From the NCBI GenBank assembly GCA_002104905.1, contig MCFE01000034.1:124001-188000 (forward strand): a stretch of DNA of 64,000 nucleotides. The letters run 5' to 3'. The stretch comes from Basidiobolus meristosporus CBS 931.73. Lineage: Eukaryota > Fungi > Basidiobolomycota. How positions within the stretch are numbered: the stretch's first letter is position 1; every line of letters begins with the position of its first letter. Positions 63,609 through 64,000 of this stretch are shown here, one piece after another. The position numbers and the translations under genes are program-made. The notes under the pieces are model-generated. The model worked only from the letters and a program-made list of their open reading frames with translations, was not told the origin of the DNA and searched no databases.

Positions 63609-64000
63609 ATGCACTTGAATTTCAAAGTAATCTTCGTTACCCTCTGCGCTACTGCGTCCACCTTCGCCTTCTACATTGAACAGCCTGCTGCTCCAATCAT
63701 CAGCTCCCTGGATGCTGAGGTGATTCCAAACTCCTACATTGTTGTCCTCAAGAGCGGCTCCCGCAATTCTCTTCTCAGCCATCAGGCCTGGTTGACCTCC
63801 ATGCTTCAAATCTCTAATGCTGACTCCCAAGCTGAAGCCAATCAAATTAAACATATCTATGATGCTGATGGATTCCGAGGCTACTCTGGACGCTTCCACG
63901 AAGATGTCATTGAGCGCATTAGAGAAATGGACGATGTTGCCTATATCGAGGCCGACTCCATGGTCTATGCCTCGGAGCTACAAAAGAACGCACCTTGGGG
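63609..64000 (+). CDS. Secreted or vacuolar subtilisin (S8A, proteinase K/cerevisin type) with I9 propeptide; 5' part only
   Basis: Signal MHLNFKVIFVTLCATASTFA; VIPNSYIVVLK..IKHIYD..FRGYSGRFHEDVIERIR..DVAYIEADSMV..QKNAPWG. TATAAAA at about 63484-63490. Not in the ORF track because it has no stop codon within the window. Confidence 0.92.
   Translation, partial: MHLNFKVIFVTLCATASTFAFYIEQPAAPIISSLDAEVIPNSYIVVLKSGSRNSLLSHQAWLTSMLQISNADSQAEANQIKHIYDADGFRGYSGRFHEDVIERIREMDDVAYIEADSMVYASELQKNAPW

Overview
This is eukaryotic, fungal DNA. Evidence: short GT-AG introns of about 50-130 nt, a pentafunctional AROM gene, a Zn2Cys6 transcription factor, and secreted S1 and S8 proteases. An early-diverging fungus such as Basidiobolus (Zoopagomycota) would fit, but that is inference. 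Most of the window is gene-dense housekeeping sequence: a Nha1/Sod2-type Na+/H+ antiporter (partial), SEC6, EB1/BIM1, an ANKRD39-like gene, a PH-domain protein, SAM50, a coiled-coil protein with an enkurin/MPHOSPH9-like tail, a trypsin-fold protease, ILS1, ULA1/NAE1, ARO1, a Zn2Cys6 factor, BRE1, MCCC2, YPT6/RAB6, a TUG/UBX4-like gene, SPT7 and a subtilisin (partial). The standout is 9.1-22.4 kb, a head-to-tail array of eight intronless paralogues on the minus strand. Each encodes a signal peptide, a long acidic Gly/Asp/Glu/Tyr/His repeat region ([SN]YDxx[DE]Y units), a conserved GHK[SA]YKR Kex2-type site, and then exactly 16 residues of a cationic, amphipathic C-terminal peptide. All eight have a TATA box and an AATAAA signal, and seven carry a GCAGGTG element at a fixed position 170-173 nt upstream of the ATG. 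Perfect Gcn4/CpcA-type sites lie upstream of ILS1 and ARO1. Six single-base deletions at homopolymer runs break MCCC2, the TUG-like gene and SPT7; these are most likely assembly errors. No rRNA, tRNA, CRISPR array or intact transposon was recognised. Exon boundaries were read by eye and are approximate unless stated.
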